Assembly (NCBI GenBank): GCA_958009085.1
Contig: OY253677.1
Location: 248,001 to 312,000 of the forward strand
Direction of reading: 5' to 3'
Length of the DNA stretch: 64,000 bases
DNA from: Protoeuglena noctilucae
Lineage: Eukaryota
Within the stretch, counting starts at the first letter, position 1. The number at the start of each line of letters is the position of its first letter. Under the pieces are notes generated by a model, which did no database searches, had not been told where the DNA came from, and was given only the letters and a program-made list of their open reading frames with translations. Below, piece by piece: positions 10,782 through 24,733 of the stretch. The position numbers and the translations under genes are program-made.

Positions 10782-13589
10782 TCACGCCGCTGCGGTCTGC
10801 GCAACGGAGGCGTGGTCGCGCCTGGCCAGGGCCCACCCCCCACAGTAGACGGCGCTGGCGACCACGAACCCGACCATCCACGCGGCGCTGTACAGGTGGT
10901 GGAAGATGGCGGGGACGGACGAGGACGGCACGGCACCCACCACGGCCTGGAGGGGCAGACGGGGAGCGACTCTGTGCATATCACACCGTCGTGTGCCATA
11001 CCATGTCATCATGCCACGCTCCATGACACACTGATGTGTGCTGTGCCCCATCCTCATGGCATATCCACACCAAAAAGCCCGGCAGCGAGGGCAGCACCCC
11101 AATCACGAGGGCCGCCATTGCCAGGAGGTGGAAGCCCCCCGCGTAGTAGTAAGGGCTCCCCAGGCCGCTCGCGTACAGCCCATCCACGTCCAGCTGCCTC
11201 CCCCGCACCCAAAAGTAGTCCGCCACCACTGCGGCATGGGACGGGGCATGAGCTAAGGTCACGCCTTCCACCCCTGCGCGCCTCCTTCACTCTGAGTCGG
11301 GACAATGCTGTGACTTCTTCTCAGGTGTACCTCAGCTCAGGTCTCTTTGATCGTCTCACGCAACCACTTCGCACACTCACCGATGCCACCGACGGGTCCC
11401 AGCAGGGCCGAGTAGCCGACGAGCCACGTGAGGATGAAGCCGGAGGTGGACTGGAGGATCTTCCAGGGCTGCAGGAGGGCGCCAAGGAGGGCGGCACCCA
11501 CCGCGCCCCGGGCAAAGGTCACGGAGCGGGGGAAGAGGCTCATGAGGGCGGTGGCTGCGGAGGCGGAACGGGACGCTCATATGCGGGGCCGGCCAAACTG
11601 CCACCGGTGGGTGCAGCGACAACGCCCGTTCAGCTCACCGGGTGCGACGAGGTTGGCAGCGATGTTGGTGGACAGGGTCGCCACCAGAAGCCCCACTGCG
11701 GAGACGCGGCAGAGGCGGACGTCTCCATGTATAACAGTAGAGGCCATTTAAGACAACGGGCCGCCCTGTCACATCTGCGACGCATACCCCGGTCTCACAC
11801 CTCTCACACCCTTGTCCCATCTACCTCCCAATCTCACCGGAGGCAAGAAGCTTGGGCAGTGGCCCGGGGAGCAGGGCCATCAGGGCGACCGGGTCCGATA
11901 CCGGGCGGCCGTAGAGCACGGCGGTGGCAGAGGTGACGGCGAGGCCGATGAAGGCAAAGGCGGTCATGGTGAGGGGGAGCCCCACTGCCTGGCCCACGGC
12001 TGGGGGCGTTAGAACCAGCGGGGGTGTCAGCATTCAGGCCAGCGCTGCTGTGGCCTGCACTGGCACGCGTCCGCGACTCGCAGTGTCACTCAGCGCGGTG
12101 CCGGTGCGCTTCCAGCAACCCCACCCCCCCCCCCCTGCACCCCCTCACCCTGCTCCCTCTGGCTGCGTGCGTACCGCGAGAAGTCGGAAATGTTGAGGCT
12201 GAGGCTGGCCCAGGCGCCCACGTTGGCAGTGACTGCCGCGAGGAAGGCGGGCCAGAAGGTGCCGTGCAGGGGCATGCCGGGGGCGTACTGGGAGGGGGCC
12301 GAGAGCATGGGGCCAAAGCCACCTAAAGGGAATGGAAGGGCATGGATGGGGCGGATGTGGCGGCAACATGGCAGCCTCTCGCATCGATCGAACCGCAAGG
12401 CGGGTGCTGTGGTGCTACCCCGCCGTCACCTGCCGAGAGGACGGCCCAGGCAAGGAGGGCGAGGCAGAGGGCGATGAGGAGCGGCGAGGCGATGGCCTCC
12501 ATGCGCTTGATGGCGTCCATGCCGCGCACGACGATGAGGGCCTGGAAGCCGAGGAACCCCGCGAAGGCCAGCGCCTGGGCGAACGTGATGCCGAGGGGCG
12601 AGGGGGCCGACAGGGCCTGGCCCAGGGCGGTGGCCGCGGAGGCGGCGGGGCCGGCCACAGACGCGAGGCCGACGGTGCCGAGGGCGTTGGACAGCGCACT
12701 GCCCAGGAGGGCTGCGGTGGACGCGAGCATCTCCACGACACACTCTGCACCCACCCACGTCTGGATGCCGAACCACCCGCAGGCCACCAGTGAGCGGAAC
12801 ACTGGGGCGGGGGAGGGGCAGGGTGTCACTCTGATCTTGGATGATTACAAAAGCACTGCACCCCTCGCCCAGTGACGGCCCACAGGGACGGCCTCACCGG
12901 ATGGGACGTGGGCGCCGTGGACGCCAAAGGCGGCGCGCGCGAGCACCGGGAACGACACACCGTATTTGGTGCCCGGATGCGCATTGAGGATGACTGGCAC
13001 AAGCGTGATGGCGTTCCCCAGCACCACGGCCGCCATGCCCTGCGTCCACGACATGCCCAGCTCCACGAGCCCTCCCGCGAGGTAGTAGTTGGGGATGCAG
13101 ACGACCAGGCCGACCCACAGGTTGATGAAGTCGATAGCCCTGCGGGAAGGCTCTTTCCCAGTGGTTAGCAGGTAGGCACACTGCGCCCAGCCGATTTAGG
13201 CGGCACTTGGCCGGGAACGCACCCAAGCTTCCTCTCGCCAGCCGGGGTCGGCGCGAGGTCCGCGTTGTACAGGGCAGGGGACGGCGCAGATGGCTGCTTG
13301 GAAACCACATCGTCGAGGAAGAACGTCCTGAGGATCGCCACACTTCGTCAGGCAGTGGAACGGCGGCGAGATCGCGCGTGCACCCGAAAGCAGCGAGCGT
13401 ATCCGTTCCTATGATGCACCTGAACACATCGCGGGCACCCTTCACCGTATCCATCGGTCGACGACGCCGCACGGGCAGGGCCACCACCAACGCGGTCGAT
13501 GCACGCCGCCCATCGCTCCCCCGACGTCCGCTGACCCCCCGGAGTTGCTCGCAGGACGGGAGACTCACGGCCCCATTGGTGGCGCGCAT
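10782..13589 (-). CDS. NCS1: Nucleobase:cation symporter-1 (uracil/allantoin permease, PLUTO-like)
   Basis: LYNADLAP, NLWVGLVVCIP, LNAHPGTKYGVSFPVLARAAFG, RSLVACGWFGIQTWVG, WASLSLNISDFSRYARSQ, NIAANLVAP and LLQPWK. The start is either 13589 or 13454. Confidence 0.93.
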
Positions 13590-13888
13590 TTGCGCTGAAG
13601 AATAGACGAGAGTGCAGGACACAGCGCGGCCGATCGCCGGTTGCTGCTCCTCGCTGGTCGATCAGCCGGGCGGCCCGCGGTCGCCACGAGCGAGTCAACT
13701 CTATGCCCATGCACTGGCATGAGGGGTCGATTCCTGATCTCACAACGGCGGCCTGCGATCTCACCCACTCCGACAGTGCAGCACGCGTGACGTGGTGAAA
13801 AAGTGAGGGGTGCGGACGCCCTGTCCGCACTCCTGTCGCTCTTTAGCTTGTATCATCCGCCCTCCCGGATGAGGGCCGCCGATGAGCC

Positions 13889-15890
13889 ATGTGCGGGCTG
13901 CGCTGCGTCCCCATCGCGTTCGTCCGCGCACTGGGTTTCGCCCGCGCACGGGCTCCGCGAGCCCTCTCCGCGTCAGCTGTATCTAAACCAGGGCCCCATG
14001 TTGCATCAGGTTAGCGTCGTCGCACTCCTTGATCCAAATGGCCTTGCCAAAAAGGTTCAACGGCCCACCAAACACTCCAAACGCAACCAAACGCAGACGA
14101 CACAGGCTTTCTCCTCGACCACGTGCCAGCGACAAGCGCATACGTCCATCTCCCCTTCTGCAAGCGCAAGTGCTTGTATTGCGACTTCCCCGTCCAGGCC
14201 GTGGGCGTCCACACCGACAGGGCGTTCGTGCAGGACACGATGGCCGACTACGTCGACGTCTTGTGCCGCGAAATCCGCGCCACGAGCGCCGAGGGCAGTG
14301 CCCCGCTGCGCACCGTCTTCTTCGGGGGTGGCACGCCAAGCCTCGTGCGGCCAGAGCTGATGGGAAGAGTCCTGGCGAGTCGCACCCGGCATCTGCATCA
14401 TGCATTGCCGATGCCTGGCCCATGTTCATGGCATGTCCATGGCGATGGCGCTGGCATACGCAGGAGGAGCTTGATCGTCAGTTCGGCATGGCGGCCGGAT
14501 GCGAGGTGGGGATGGAGGTTGACCCCGGGACCTTTGACGCCCGGCGCCTGTGTGACTTCCTGGCCCTGGGGGTGACCCGCGTCAGTGTGGGGGTGCAGAG
14601 CTTCGATGAGGACCTCCTGCGCGCCTGCGGGAGGTCGCACAGCGCGGCAGACGTGGTCAGGTGAGCAGGTCGACGTAACAAGCCGGGATGCGTCAATCAT
14701 GAAAGCCTTACCCTTAGTAACGGGGTGGGGTGGTGCAGGCGCTCACACGTGTTCCTCCCATGCAGAGCTCTGGAGGATGTGCGCGACTCGGGAGTGCGGT
14801 CGTGGTCGCTGGACCTGATGTCGGCTCTGCCGGGGCTGGGCGAGGCGGCGTGGGCGCGGACCCTGTCGCAGGCCATTGCCTGGGGTCCTGACCACGTCAG
14901 CGTGTACGACCTGCAGGTGGAGGAAGGGACGCCCTTCGCTCGTATGTACCAGGCGCGTGCGGGCGACGGGTGGGGGGCGTCTCGTGGGTGGGTCGATGGG
15001 AGCTGGTGGTCGTCCGTCACACGCCTGTGTTGACCGCTCGCCCCTGGCCCACTCTCCCAGCCAGGCACGCCGCCCCTCCCGACCGAGGAGGCCTCGGCAT
15101 CGATGTTCCGCGAGGCCAGCCGCGCCCTGTGCCGGGCCGGGTACGAGCATTACGAGGTCAGCAACTACGCCAAGCCGGGGCACCGGTGCGCGCACAACCA
15201 GGTCTACTGGCGCGGCATGCCCTTCCTGGCGTTTGGACTCGGAGCTGCGTCCTACCTCCGACGCACGCGGTTCTCCAGGCCCAAGACCATGAGGTGCATG
15301 GCGCAGTCGCCTGCTGCCACGTGTGAGCGGCAGGCAGAGGTGCTCAGGTGCCCCTGTGGTCCCGCGCTCGCAGGGCTTACCGTGCGTGGGTGGATGCATT
15401 GGAGCAGCGCGCACAGGAGCTGGGCCGCCCCACTTTGCCCGGGCCACTGTCGTCGGCCCACCCCAGCCCGGTGCGGGGGCACATGCGCGCGTGTCGGGTG
15501 CCATAAGCGACCCCAGGTCGCCTTGTCATGCGTCAAACTGATGCCATCTGGCCCCGATTTCCCCTACAGGAGCCCGACACGCCCCAGGAGGTGCTGCTGG
15601 ACATGGTGATGCTGCGACTGCGCACTGCCGATGGGCTGTCCCTTGCCCAAGTCCAGGAGAGGTTTGGGGCCCCGGCGCGGTACGCCATAGCGACGGCTGC
15701 CACACCGCTCGCCGCCCGCGGCCTGGCTACCCTCTCCGCCGACGTCTTGCGCCTCACGGACCCCGAGGGCTTCCTCGTCAGCAACGCTGTCATCGCAGAG
15801 CTGTTTGCCGCCCTGGACGCCGCGCCGATCGGCGATGCCTCGTGGCCATCCGCCAGCCGTCGCATGCGTGCACCAACTCCATCGGATTAA
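13889..15890 (+). CDS. hemW: Radical SAM heme chaperone HemW/RSAD1 (HemN-like), organelle-targeted
   Basis: AYVHLPFCKRKCLYCDF (CxxxCxxC), FFGGGTPS, RVSVGVQSF, YEHYEVSNYA, and the HemW-type HNQVYW motif. R/A-rich N-terminal exon at 13889-14009. Confidence 0.9.
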
Positions 15891-16087
15891 ATGTTGAAGC
15901 GTGGCGCGCGATGCCGCGGCTCGCGCATTGTGGGAAGGACGCAGAGAGAGCGCAAAGTGCTCATTCGAGGCACGTAGGAGTCGTCCGTAGACAAGAGTGA
16001 TAGACAAGCTACCTAGGAAGGAAAAGTTCTGCCATAGGGCAGGCGACGTGGGGCATTTCGCCTAGGCTGTCCCCGCCCCCGCGCCCG

Positions 16088-17586
16088 TCACCATCCCGCC
16101 TCGTCCAGCGTCGTCGTCCGCGGCTGCGCCTCCGCGTCCGGATCCGCCTCTTCCTCGGCCTGCAGCTCCAGCTCCAGGGGCTGCCGCCCCGTCTCGTTGC
16201 GGAAGAGCCCCTTGAGGTTGATGAAGGACACGCCCTCCAGCGACGACACCACCAGGTCCGCGGCCGTCAGCTCGTACACGGGGTGCGTGCCCGACACGCA
16301 CAGGCACTGCATGCCCACCTCGTGCGCCGCCTCCACGCTCATGTTGTTGTCCGACACCACCACCGTGCGTAGGGGCGGACGCCCCATCTCCTGCAACCAC
16401 GAGGGGAGGCGCAGTGACGGGCCACGACCCGCATGCCGACCCTACGCGCGTGCAGGTCAGCCCGCGCTTATCCCACCCCCGGAACCCGCGCCCGGCCTCT
16501 CGTCCGCCCACCTGGCACGCGTAGAGGTACATCTCCGGGTCGGGCCGCGCGCGCTGCACGTCCTCGGCGCTGAGGACGGCCGCGAAGGGAGCCTCGTCGC
16601 CCGTCCGCGGGACCCCCAGCGCCGCCAGCGTGGCCCGCACGCGCGCCTCGGGCGCCACCGACACAAGGGCCACGGGCACCCCGTTGGCGCGCAGCGTCTG
16701 GATCAGACGGCGCGCCCCGGGGACCTCGTGCGGCGCGCGGCCCTGCACGGCCTGCTGGTAGATCTGCTCCTTGCGCTGCGCCAGGCGCCTGCGGAAGAGG
16801 CGGCAACGAGTGTGTGGGTCCTGGCCAGAGCGCACTGCTGCCCCCCTAGGCGGTTCATCGCTGCCCGGACCTGAGCTCTTGGGGGTTCCTGGTCCAGCAG
16901 AAGCACTCGGAGATGGCCTGCTCGGCCTTCATCAGCACGGCGCGCTTCAGCTGCCACTGGAAGGGCGGGCGCTGCCCCTCCTCGTGCGCCAGCTTGAGCC
17001 ACGACTGGGCGTGCTCCTCGCTCGCGTCAACCACCAGCGCGCCCTCCATCTCCATAATGACGCCCATCCAGTCGGTCGAGAGCCGCTTGTGACGCTCCAG
17101 AGGGTTGGCCAACATGGGGTCGTCCACCACGCCCTCCAGCACGCGCGGCATCGGCCTCAGCGGCGCGCCCTCCCTGCGGCGACGTGCGGAGAGATCACGA
17201 CGGTGAGGGAGGCGGAAGAGTCGGAGCCGCGGGCGCGTGGGGGAGCGAAGAACGAGGCCCGACGAGCAAAGCCAGGCGCGCGAGATTTTCCCCCAGCCAA
17301 AGCGCCCCGAGGTCCGAGGGCCGCCCACGCAATGCGTCATACACGCCGTAGGTCGAGGCAGCGAGGCGAGATGCGGCGGATGCCGTCGCGGCCCGGACAA
17401 AGCGCAGAGAAGAAAGCAAGTGCATCCTCGAGAAACGGGCGGCCCTCAACGAGCCCGCCCCGCACGTTTGTCAAACGAAACGAGCGGGCGCGCGTCCCCA
17501 GCGGGGCGAATGGGGGGCGGGCACGGGGGGCTCACAATCGCGCCCCCGCGGGCAGTGCGCCTCTGCTCGACGACGCTGAAGCGCAT
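16088..17586 (-). CDS. HAD-superfamily phosphatase, PyrP2/ARPP-phosphatase-like (riboflavin pathway); 5' exons unresolved
   Basis: DDPMLANPLERHKRLSTDWMGVIMEMEG...SWLKLAHEEGQRPP...MKAEQAISECFCWTRNP, AEDVQRARPDPEMYLY, and SVEAAHEVGMQC...HPVYELTAADLVV resemble the plant chloroplast At4g11570-type enzyme (from recall). The 5' coordinate is uncertain. Confidence 0.8.
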
Positions 17587-18575
17587 TGTGAGTGCCCTGG
17601 CGCGCCGGGGAAGCGGCAAGGCCGAAGAGAATCCGAACGCGCCCGCGTGACGCTTCTGCTCGGCCCGCGAACCTCGGAACGCGTCGCGGGCCGGTACAGC
17701 GACCGCAAAGCCACCTCCAAATGCAATTGTTGCAGCCGATCGCCCCGGCGAAGCCCTCACCGTGACTTCGGAGGCGTATGCGGTTCGAAGGTCGCCCCGT
17801 ACCCCGCGCGCGTCCACCGGGAGCCCCGCGGCGCCTCCCGCCGCTCGTAGCGACCCAGTGTGCTCCGTGAGACCGGAGAGCTGCCGTCCGTCGTCCTCGG
17901 GCGCCACTGGGCGCGTCGCAGGTGCACCCATTGCTCCAGCGACCTGCAGCGACAAGCGCGCGGTCGCGCAGTGCTTTCGCTGCCTGTGCCAGCCCATCCA
18001 TCCGGGAGTCGCTCGCGGTCTGGATGGCAAGCGCCGACTCGGCGAGCGCGCTCGTCAGAGGCCGGGGGGGGGCGCAAAGTCCGAACACGCGCTCCCGCGT
18101 GCCTACCTGGCGCTCCTCGAAGACGAGGCCGGGGACGCGCAGGTCCCCGGATAGAAGGAGAGATGTCTCGCCGTCATTCACCGCGAGGCCCCAGCCCCAG
18201 CTTTTAAATGGCTACGGGCACGTGTGCTAATCCGGCAACACAGCTCCTGTTGACTTGCTCTGCTTGCAAGGCAGCTCAAGTGCTGTTATCCGCATCACTC
18301 TTGGGCGCACAGTACGAGAGGGGCTTTTCTCTCGAAAGGAGCTGGGTATGCCCTTACCCGCGGCCCTGTCAGACCAGATTTCCCCGCCCCTCGGCATCCG
18401 CACGACACCAAAAGCTTTCATTTTTCCGCGATCGACGCGCGCAGACAGGTCGGGAGGCCTCTGCGAGGGGAATTTGCCAGCCTGCAGCCCTCTCTGCGGC
18501 CCCGCGCACTGCCTGGAGAGGGAGTCTTGGCCGGCGGCCTCGTTGGTGGGACGCGCCCGCCGAGGCCGTGGGGAG

Positions 18576-21500
18576 ATGGGGCAGGATGTGGCACGGGCGC
18601 TCAAGAGCATGCAGGCCAAGCTGCCCGCGTCTGTGCTTGCGCGTCCGCTCCCGGAGGATGGTCGCTGCGTCACGATCCGCGTCCAGGCAGGGACCGCGCG
18701 CTCTATCCCCGCTGGCACCTGGCCCTGCTGCCCGTTTGACCGGGTCCGCGATGCAAGGGCACGCCCGGCGCCGCAGGAGCTGAGGAATTTGCAGACCAAG
18801 GCGTTTTCGGTGCACTTGAGGTTCATCGATCCTCGGACGGACAAACCTCACCAGATTCAAGCGTACAGAGCGCTCAGCGTCGTGGTGCGTGACACGCCTT
18901 GTCCTCGAGCCGAGTGTGGTTTCGCGATCGCGCGTGTGTCGTCTTTGCATACGCCGATTTCGACAGTCCTCTTCCGATCGCATGCGTTCTTGGCCCTCCC
19001 CGGCGCCTGGCACCGCCGCGCGGGGCGACATGCTGGCGCCTTGCCTGCCTGCAGAGCGGCCGCGCCATCGTGCTTCTGTGGATCCGGATCCCTGGCACCT
19101 CTGACAGCGTAGAGATTCAGCTTTGGCAGAATCGGCGCGGCGGGGCGGCGCCCATCGTGCGGGCCCACCTGGGGACGGCGCACCTGTCGCTCGAGGGCGT
19201 CACGGAGAAGCCCACGCCCGCCATCGTGGCGTTCCTGCCGCCCGGAAGCCAGGCCGCCGCCGAGGCCGCCGAGCCGCAGCGCCAGTCCACCGCGCGGGTC
19301 GCCAAGGAGGTGAGGGAGCTAGGGCCGCAGAGCTTGTCAACGAGTCGGGACCGCGGAGGGTGCATGTCAACTCCTCCTCACCCGCCCCGGCCGCCCCGCT
19401 CCGCCGCAGCGCCTGGCCCTCTTCCGCGACCGCGTGGTGACCGGCGCGGACGTGCCCTCCAACGCGGTGGGCGTGGCTGTGCTCGAGTCCTTCGTGGAGC
19501 ACCTGCCCCCCAACAACAGCAGCTGGGACTTGGACGTGGCGGTGGGGCCCCTCGCGCGGCCCGCGCACCTCTACGGCCACGGGGCCTTCCTCGGCGCCGC
19601 CCCCGTGCTCCTTCGCGACCGCCGGTGGGACGCCATCCTTCTGGCCCTCGAGCCCCGATTGCGCACCCTGTGCCTGCGACTGGCGAGACGGGGGGGGCTG
19701 GCCGGCATCATGACGGCGCTCGAGAACAGCCCCGTCCTCGCCGCATTCGGCGTCGCGGGGGCCGGGTTCGCCCCGCCCAAGCGCAGCGGCTTCCTCGCCG
19801 CCACCTGGCGCCAGGTCACGACGTCCGTGGGCTCCCCCACGGGCGCCTCCGGCAGCCGGGAGGACGGCCTCCCGGGGCCCGTGGCGGAGGCAGTGGAGGG
19901 CGCGTGCCTCACGAGCCACGGCACGCGGCGGGTGGAGCCGGCAGGGTCGGCGGAGGCGCAGGCGCCGGCCGAGGGTGGCGACGGCGACGGCGCGGAGGAG
20001 GAGGGGTGGGCCGAGCGCCGCGTGGTGAAGGGCGACGTGCTGGACGGGCACGTGTCGCTGCGGGAGGAGAGGCCAGGCCCCTGGCCTGGGGGGTCCCAGG
20101 AGGGCGCAGGCGCTCTGCGGGAGATGGGCCTGCGGGACGGGTGGCTGGGTCTGGGGTCGCACGAGGGCCAGGGTTCGTGGTGGGTGGGCGCGGGACCCGT
20201 GGCGGAGGCCCTGGAGGGGCAGGGGTCGCGGGGTTGGTTCGGGTCTGGGCCGGAGGAGAGGGACCGAGAGGGTGACGACGAGTACGCGATTGCCATGGGG
20301 GAGCTGGGGAACGCGATGATGGCGGAGGAGCTGGCGGCGGTAGAGCAGGTGCGGGGGAGGGGTGGAGTCAGTGCAAGATGCGATGAGAGGCCACGGGGGT
20401 TGCCTGTTCGGGTTTCATGTTTCATTGGCTATCACTTCACAGGTCGAAGGCAACCGCGATAAAAGCTTACCTGGTGTCCACCGCGGTCGTTGCAGGGCAG
20501 CACACGTCCGGAGGCGGGCCAGGCGGGCACCGCAGACGAGGGGGGCGCGTCAGACGGGAGGAAGGGCCACGGCAAGGGCAGGGCGCTCAAGGTGTCCCCC
20601 CAGGCGCGCTTCGACCCCGGGTGCTTCTTAAAGACGGTGAACCGGTACGGCTACAGCCCCCTGGCCGTCGAGTGGGACCTGTGGCTGGACCCGGACGCCC
20701 CGGGGGACCTGACCAAGGCGGCCATCGTGCACAGGAGCGCGGCGACGCTGCTGGTGCAGGCCGTCTTCAGCATGGCGTGCCTCAACGCCACGGGCATCGC
20801 CGGCTGGGCCGGGCGCCGCGTCATCATGAAGGAGGGCCTCTCGCCCTTCTCATGGCTGGACAAGTTCGGCCTGGCGCTGCAGAAGGGGTGCGACACGCCC
20901 CCCGTCCTGCGCAACGACGCAGGTGCGCGCCCTGCGACCACGGCCACACGCAGGCGGGCGCCCACACGCGTTCAAGAGTCCCGTCACGCCTGGGCCCTCC
21001 CCTTCCCCGCAGCCATCCCTTCCTACCTGGCCGTCACCGCGCAGCTCTCCTCGTGGGAGTGGGTGAGCCCCGCGCCGCAGGCCTGGGGCGACCGCATGGA
21101 CATCCGCATCCGACTCGTGCACCCGGGTGCGTCACACACGCCTGGTGCCTTCATGGCTTTGCCTTTTACCTCTGCCGCGGGAGGCATCACCACCTTAAGC
21201 TGTTCCCAAAATGACGACTTTACGTCCAAGCGCTGCCCGCAGAGCCCCGCGAGCCGTCCCACTGGTCGCTGACGCCCCCCCGCGCCTCGGCCGCCCGTGC
21301 CCACCGCGCCCGGAAGGACGCCGAGGCCGGGGCCGGCCCCGTGTCGCTGGAACTGTATCCGATCCCGGACGTCAACAAGTGCCAGGGCCTGGGCGTCGTC
21401 GTGGAGATGGTGGCCCCGTCCGGGCACGTCCTGCGGGCGGCCCCGGTGCCCGTGGCGGACGTGGTGGCCGCGGGGGCTGCGGGGATCGACGTGGAGGTTG

Positions 21501-24500
21501 TGACAGAGCCCAGGGTGGTGGCGGACAAGGACCACCCCAAACTGGAGGACTCGGTGCAGGCCAGGGTGTTCCTGCGGCTGGCGTCGCGCAAGGCGAGGCG
21601 GGGCGCGGGGCGGGGGAGTGGGGAGGGTGGCGAGTGACGCACGGCCGGTGCAGAAGGTAGAACAGGGCAAGGTGCGGGTTCGTCACAAACTGCAGCGGCT
21701 GGCTCACTTGCTTGTTGCCCCTCGCCCTGTCGCGCAGTGGACGGTGCTGGAGCGCTTCGTCGCCACGACGGGGCTGAACGAGATGGTCGCGCGGGTGTGC
21801 CTGGCGGCGCTCAGCAACCCCGGGGGCCTCTTCCTGGACATCAAGAGCGCCTACTCGTCGGGCGAGGACATCGAGTGCTTCGTGTCTGCCCTGGAGGGCA
21901 TCGGCGTGGAAGTGCGCGCCGTCATGACATTCCAGTTCCGGCAACGAGTGACCCAGGCGAGCCTTCGGATGGGCTAGGTCCTCTCTTGCCACACTCACGT
22001 ACCCCTCTCTCCCTGACACTTGACACCCTTCCTGGGCCCCTGGCACTGCCCTGAATGTCACCCCCTCGTTAACCCCAGGTCCCCTCCGTGTTCCTGTTCC
22101 ACGGCATCTGGGGCCTGGAGCAGGCGTGCGACGCCGGCCACGTGCTGCCCGGGGACCTGGTCCTTTTCAACGGGGGCAGCCTCTTGAACGACCCACGCAA
22201 GATGGGCGACTGGGCCACGGACGACTACCGCGACCGCATCGAGGGGAAGTTCCAGGGGGACGGCAAGGGGGCGGCGGTGGGGGCTGCCAAGAACAAGGCG
22301 AGAGGGGGGAAGGGTGCAGATCGAGACGTGACACTCACACGCACTGGTTCCCGGGGGCACGACACACTGCGCCCGGCATGGCAGTCACTCACGCGCACCT
22401 CTGCCCGCTCTCCCTCGATGTCCCATGCCTGCCCCGCGCCTCGGCTGCAGGTGACCAAGGTGCGTGGGGAGGGCATGGCCCCCACCTGGGACACGTACGG
22501 CATCGTGGACCCCGTGGCCTTCCTGCGGTTCTCCGGCCTCGTGGAGATCTACCGCTTCCAGGCGGGCATCTACGTCCAGGCAAGGGGACACAGACACGCC
22601 ATGCCGCATGCCAGGCCCAGCGCTGCATGCCTCACCTCGCTCTGTCATGTCGTGTCCCCGTATGCCACCCCTTGCCACGCCCTGTCATGTCGTGTCCTGC
22701 AGGAGACAGACTGCGCCGCGGCCTTCGCTGACGCCGCCATTGCCATGGCCAACAACCGGCCGGACCTGCTGCCCCTGGGGGTGGCATACGGCAACCTGCC
22801 CGCGTCCGGGATCGGGACGGTCCGGTGCGTAGACAATAGGGCGGACTTGCGGCCATTCTGCTGGCTGCCTTGCGTGGTGAGGGCGGGTGCCGTCATGGTG
22901 GGCGCGTGACGGGTGTCCGAGGGTTGCCCCGAGCCCCACCCTGCGCGCAGGGGCCAGGGCCTGGCCGCCCAGTCCATCATCAACGAGCTGGAGGGCCGGC
23001 GGCGGCTGTCGGCTCGGCTCAAGAAAGCCGTCCGCCGCGACGCCTTCGTGCCACCTGGGGCGTCGGGCATCACCGCGGCCGCGGCCGCTGCGATGGTGTA
23101 CAGGTGCATGATTTGGGAGGGGAACAGTGAGCTAGGAAGTGTATGTGGCTCAGCAGAGTGCGGGACGGGGCGAGAGGGTAGAGATTGCGAACCCTGCACG
23201 AGCCTCGTGCCTTTCCCTGCAGGTTCATGTGGGGCCAGCCCTACATGTCCGCGAGTGAGCAGCAGTCGGCGCTGATGGTCATGCGGCGCATCCATCCCCC
23301 CGAGGACGTCATGTCGGCCGTCACCAAGCTGGGTGGGTTCAAGCGAGTCCTCATTCGGTTCTTCGAGCACTACGAGCTCAACTCGCCCTTCATGCTGGTG
23401 AGGGGGCAAGGGGGGCTTGCTCCAGCGCCACGGACGCAAACTCCCCTCACACGCTACGACGAAAAATCGGACCGAGTCATCGGAATCACAATCGCATTAT
23501 GTGTGCGGCTGTCACTGTACCCCTCGGTCCCACGCGCCCCGCCATCCCATCGCAGTTCGAGACGGGATTCCTCATGGACCACACGATGGGATTCGTGCGG
23601 CTGCTGCGCGACTCTCAGGGCCTCGTGGGGCTCCCCGTGGAGAAGAAACTCGAACTGGCGGCCTTCCTTTGCGGGCCGGACCTGCACGGATGGGGCGAGT
23701 GGCGCGCGCGGCATGGCATGCGCCTATGTGGCACATGCGCTGGGCATAGCACGGGTGCCAAAGCGTCACTCTCACCCCTTCCGCCTCCCAGGGCTCAACC
23801 ACTGGATCCAGCAGTGGGGCTGGCGCCGGTCCCTGCACCTGCTGGCACGCGAGGCGCTCCTCTGCCTTTTCGAATCCTGCGACGCGGCCCAGGCGGGGCA
23901 GGTGGTGGAGGCGCTGGGTGGCAAGCGGCGCGTGGATGACCTCGTGGCCATGATCGCACTCTTCGGGTTCATCCGCATCCGGGGGCTCTACTCCCAGAGA
24001 CTCGACGCGTGCCTGGGTGAGCCGGAGGCCGGCACCTGCTCACACGCAGTTGCCGCTCGCAGTCTCCCCGCCCCACGCCGGAGCCTACCCTCCCGCATCT
24101 CCTCTCCTCCCCCGCAGCGCACCTGGCTGCCAAGGACGAGCCCCTGTGCCTGACCCAGCGCATCACCAAGGACCCTGACGACCCCCTGTGGTGCCCCAAG
24201 AGCAGGATCTTCCCCCGATTCCACCGCGCATACCAGTATCCGCGAAGCAACCTACTCCGGTGAGCTCTCTCCCGCGATCAAGGGCCTGCGAGGCACCCAT
24301 GCGCATCCCTCCTCACGCCCAGCCCCCGCTGCCTCCCAGGGCCTGGCTGGTGGTCTACAAGATTTCCTGGGAGGTCGCCACGTGGTTATCCATCGTCCTC
24401 CTCTGCGCCGTCGTCCTCCCCATCCCCGCCCTGGCGGTCAGGCTCCTGGCGCCCCACCTGTCCCGGCGCGTCGGCAACAGCGCGACCATCGTCATCGCCC

Positions 24501-24595
24501 TCATCGGGTTTGTCGTGGGCCTCATTTGGGCCGGCGTTGTCGTGGCGGGCGTGTACGGCTCGGGAAACGGCGCGGGCGCGAAGAGCTCCAGCTGA
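18576..24595 (+). CDS. Large multi-exon uncharacterised protein with two C-terminal TM helices and a possible PLC/GDPD-like barrel
   Basis: Consecutive GC3-rich exons with in-phase splice sites. Motifs include AVEWDLWLDP, GLFLDIKSAYS, FLFHGIWGL and GIYVQE. There are two hydrophobic helices in the last exon. The start is uncertain. Confidence 0.6.
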
Positions 24596-24733
24596 GGCAG
24601 CAGACAAGCACTGAACCAGACAGATGTGCCAGACGCGGCCCGGAATAGTCTTCAACAGTGGACAGCTGAGGTGCCTGCCGTAGAAACCGTCAAGTCCGCA
24701 ATGAATTCTGAAGCAGCCAACCCGCTATAGCCG

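Noticed and set aside
17590..18500. Protein-like ORFs between the HAD gene and the large unknown gene
   Set aside because: They could not be assigned. They may be 5' exons of either neighbour, but no motif or unambiguous splice path supports them.
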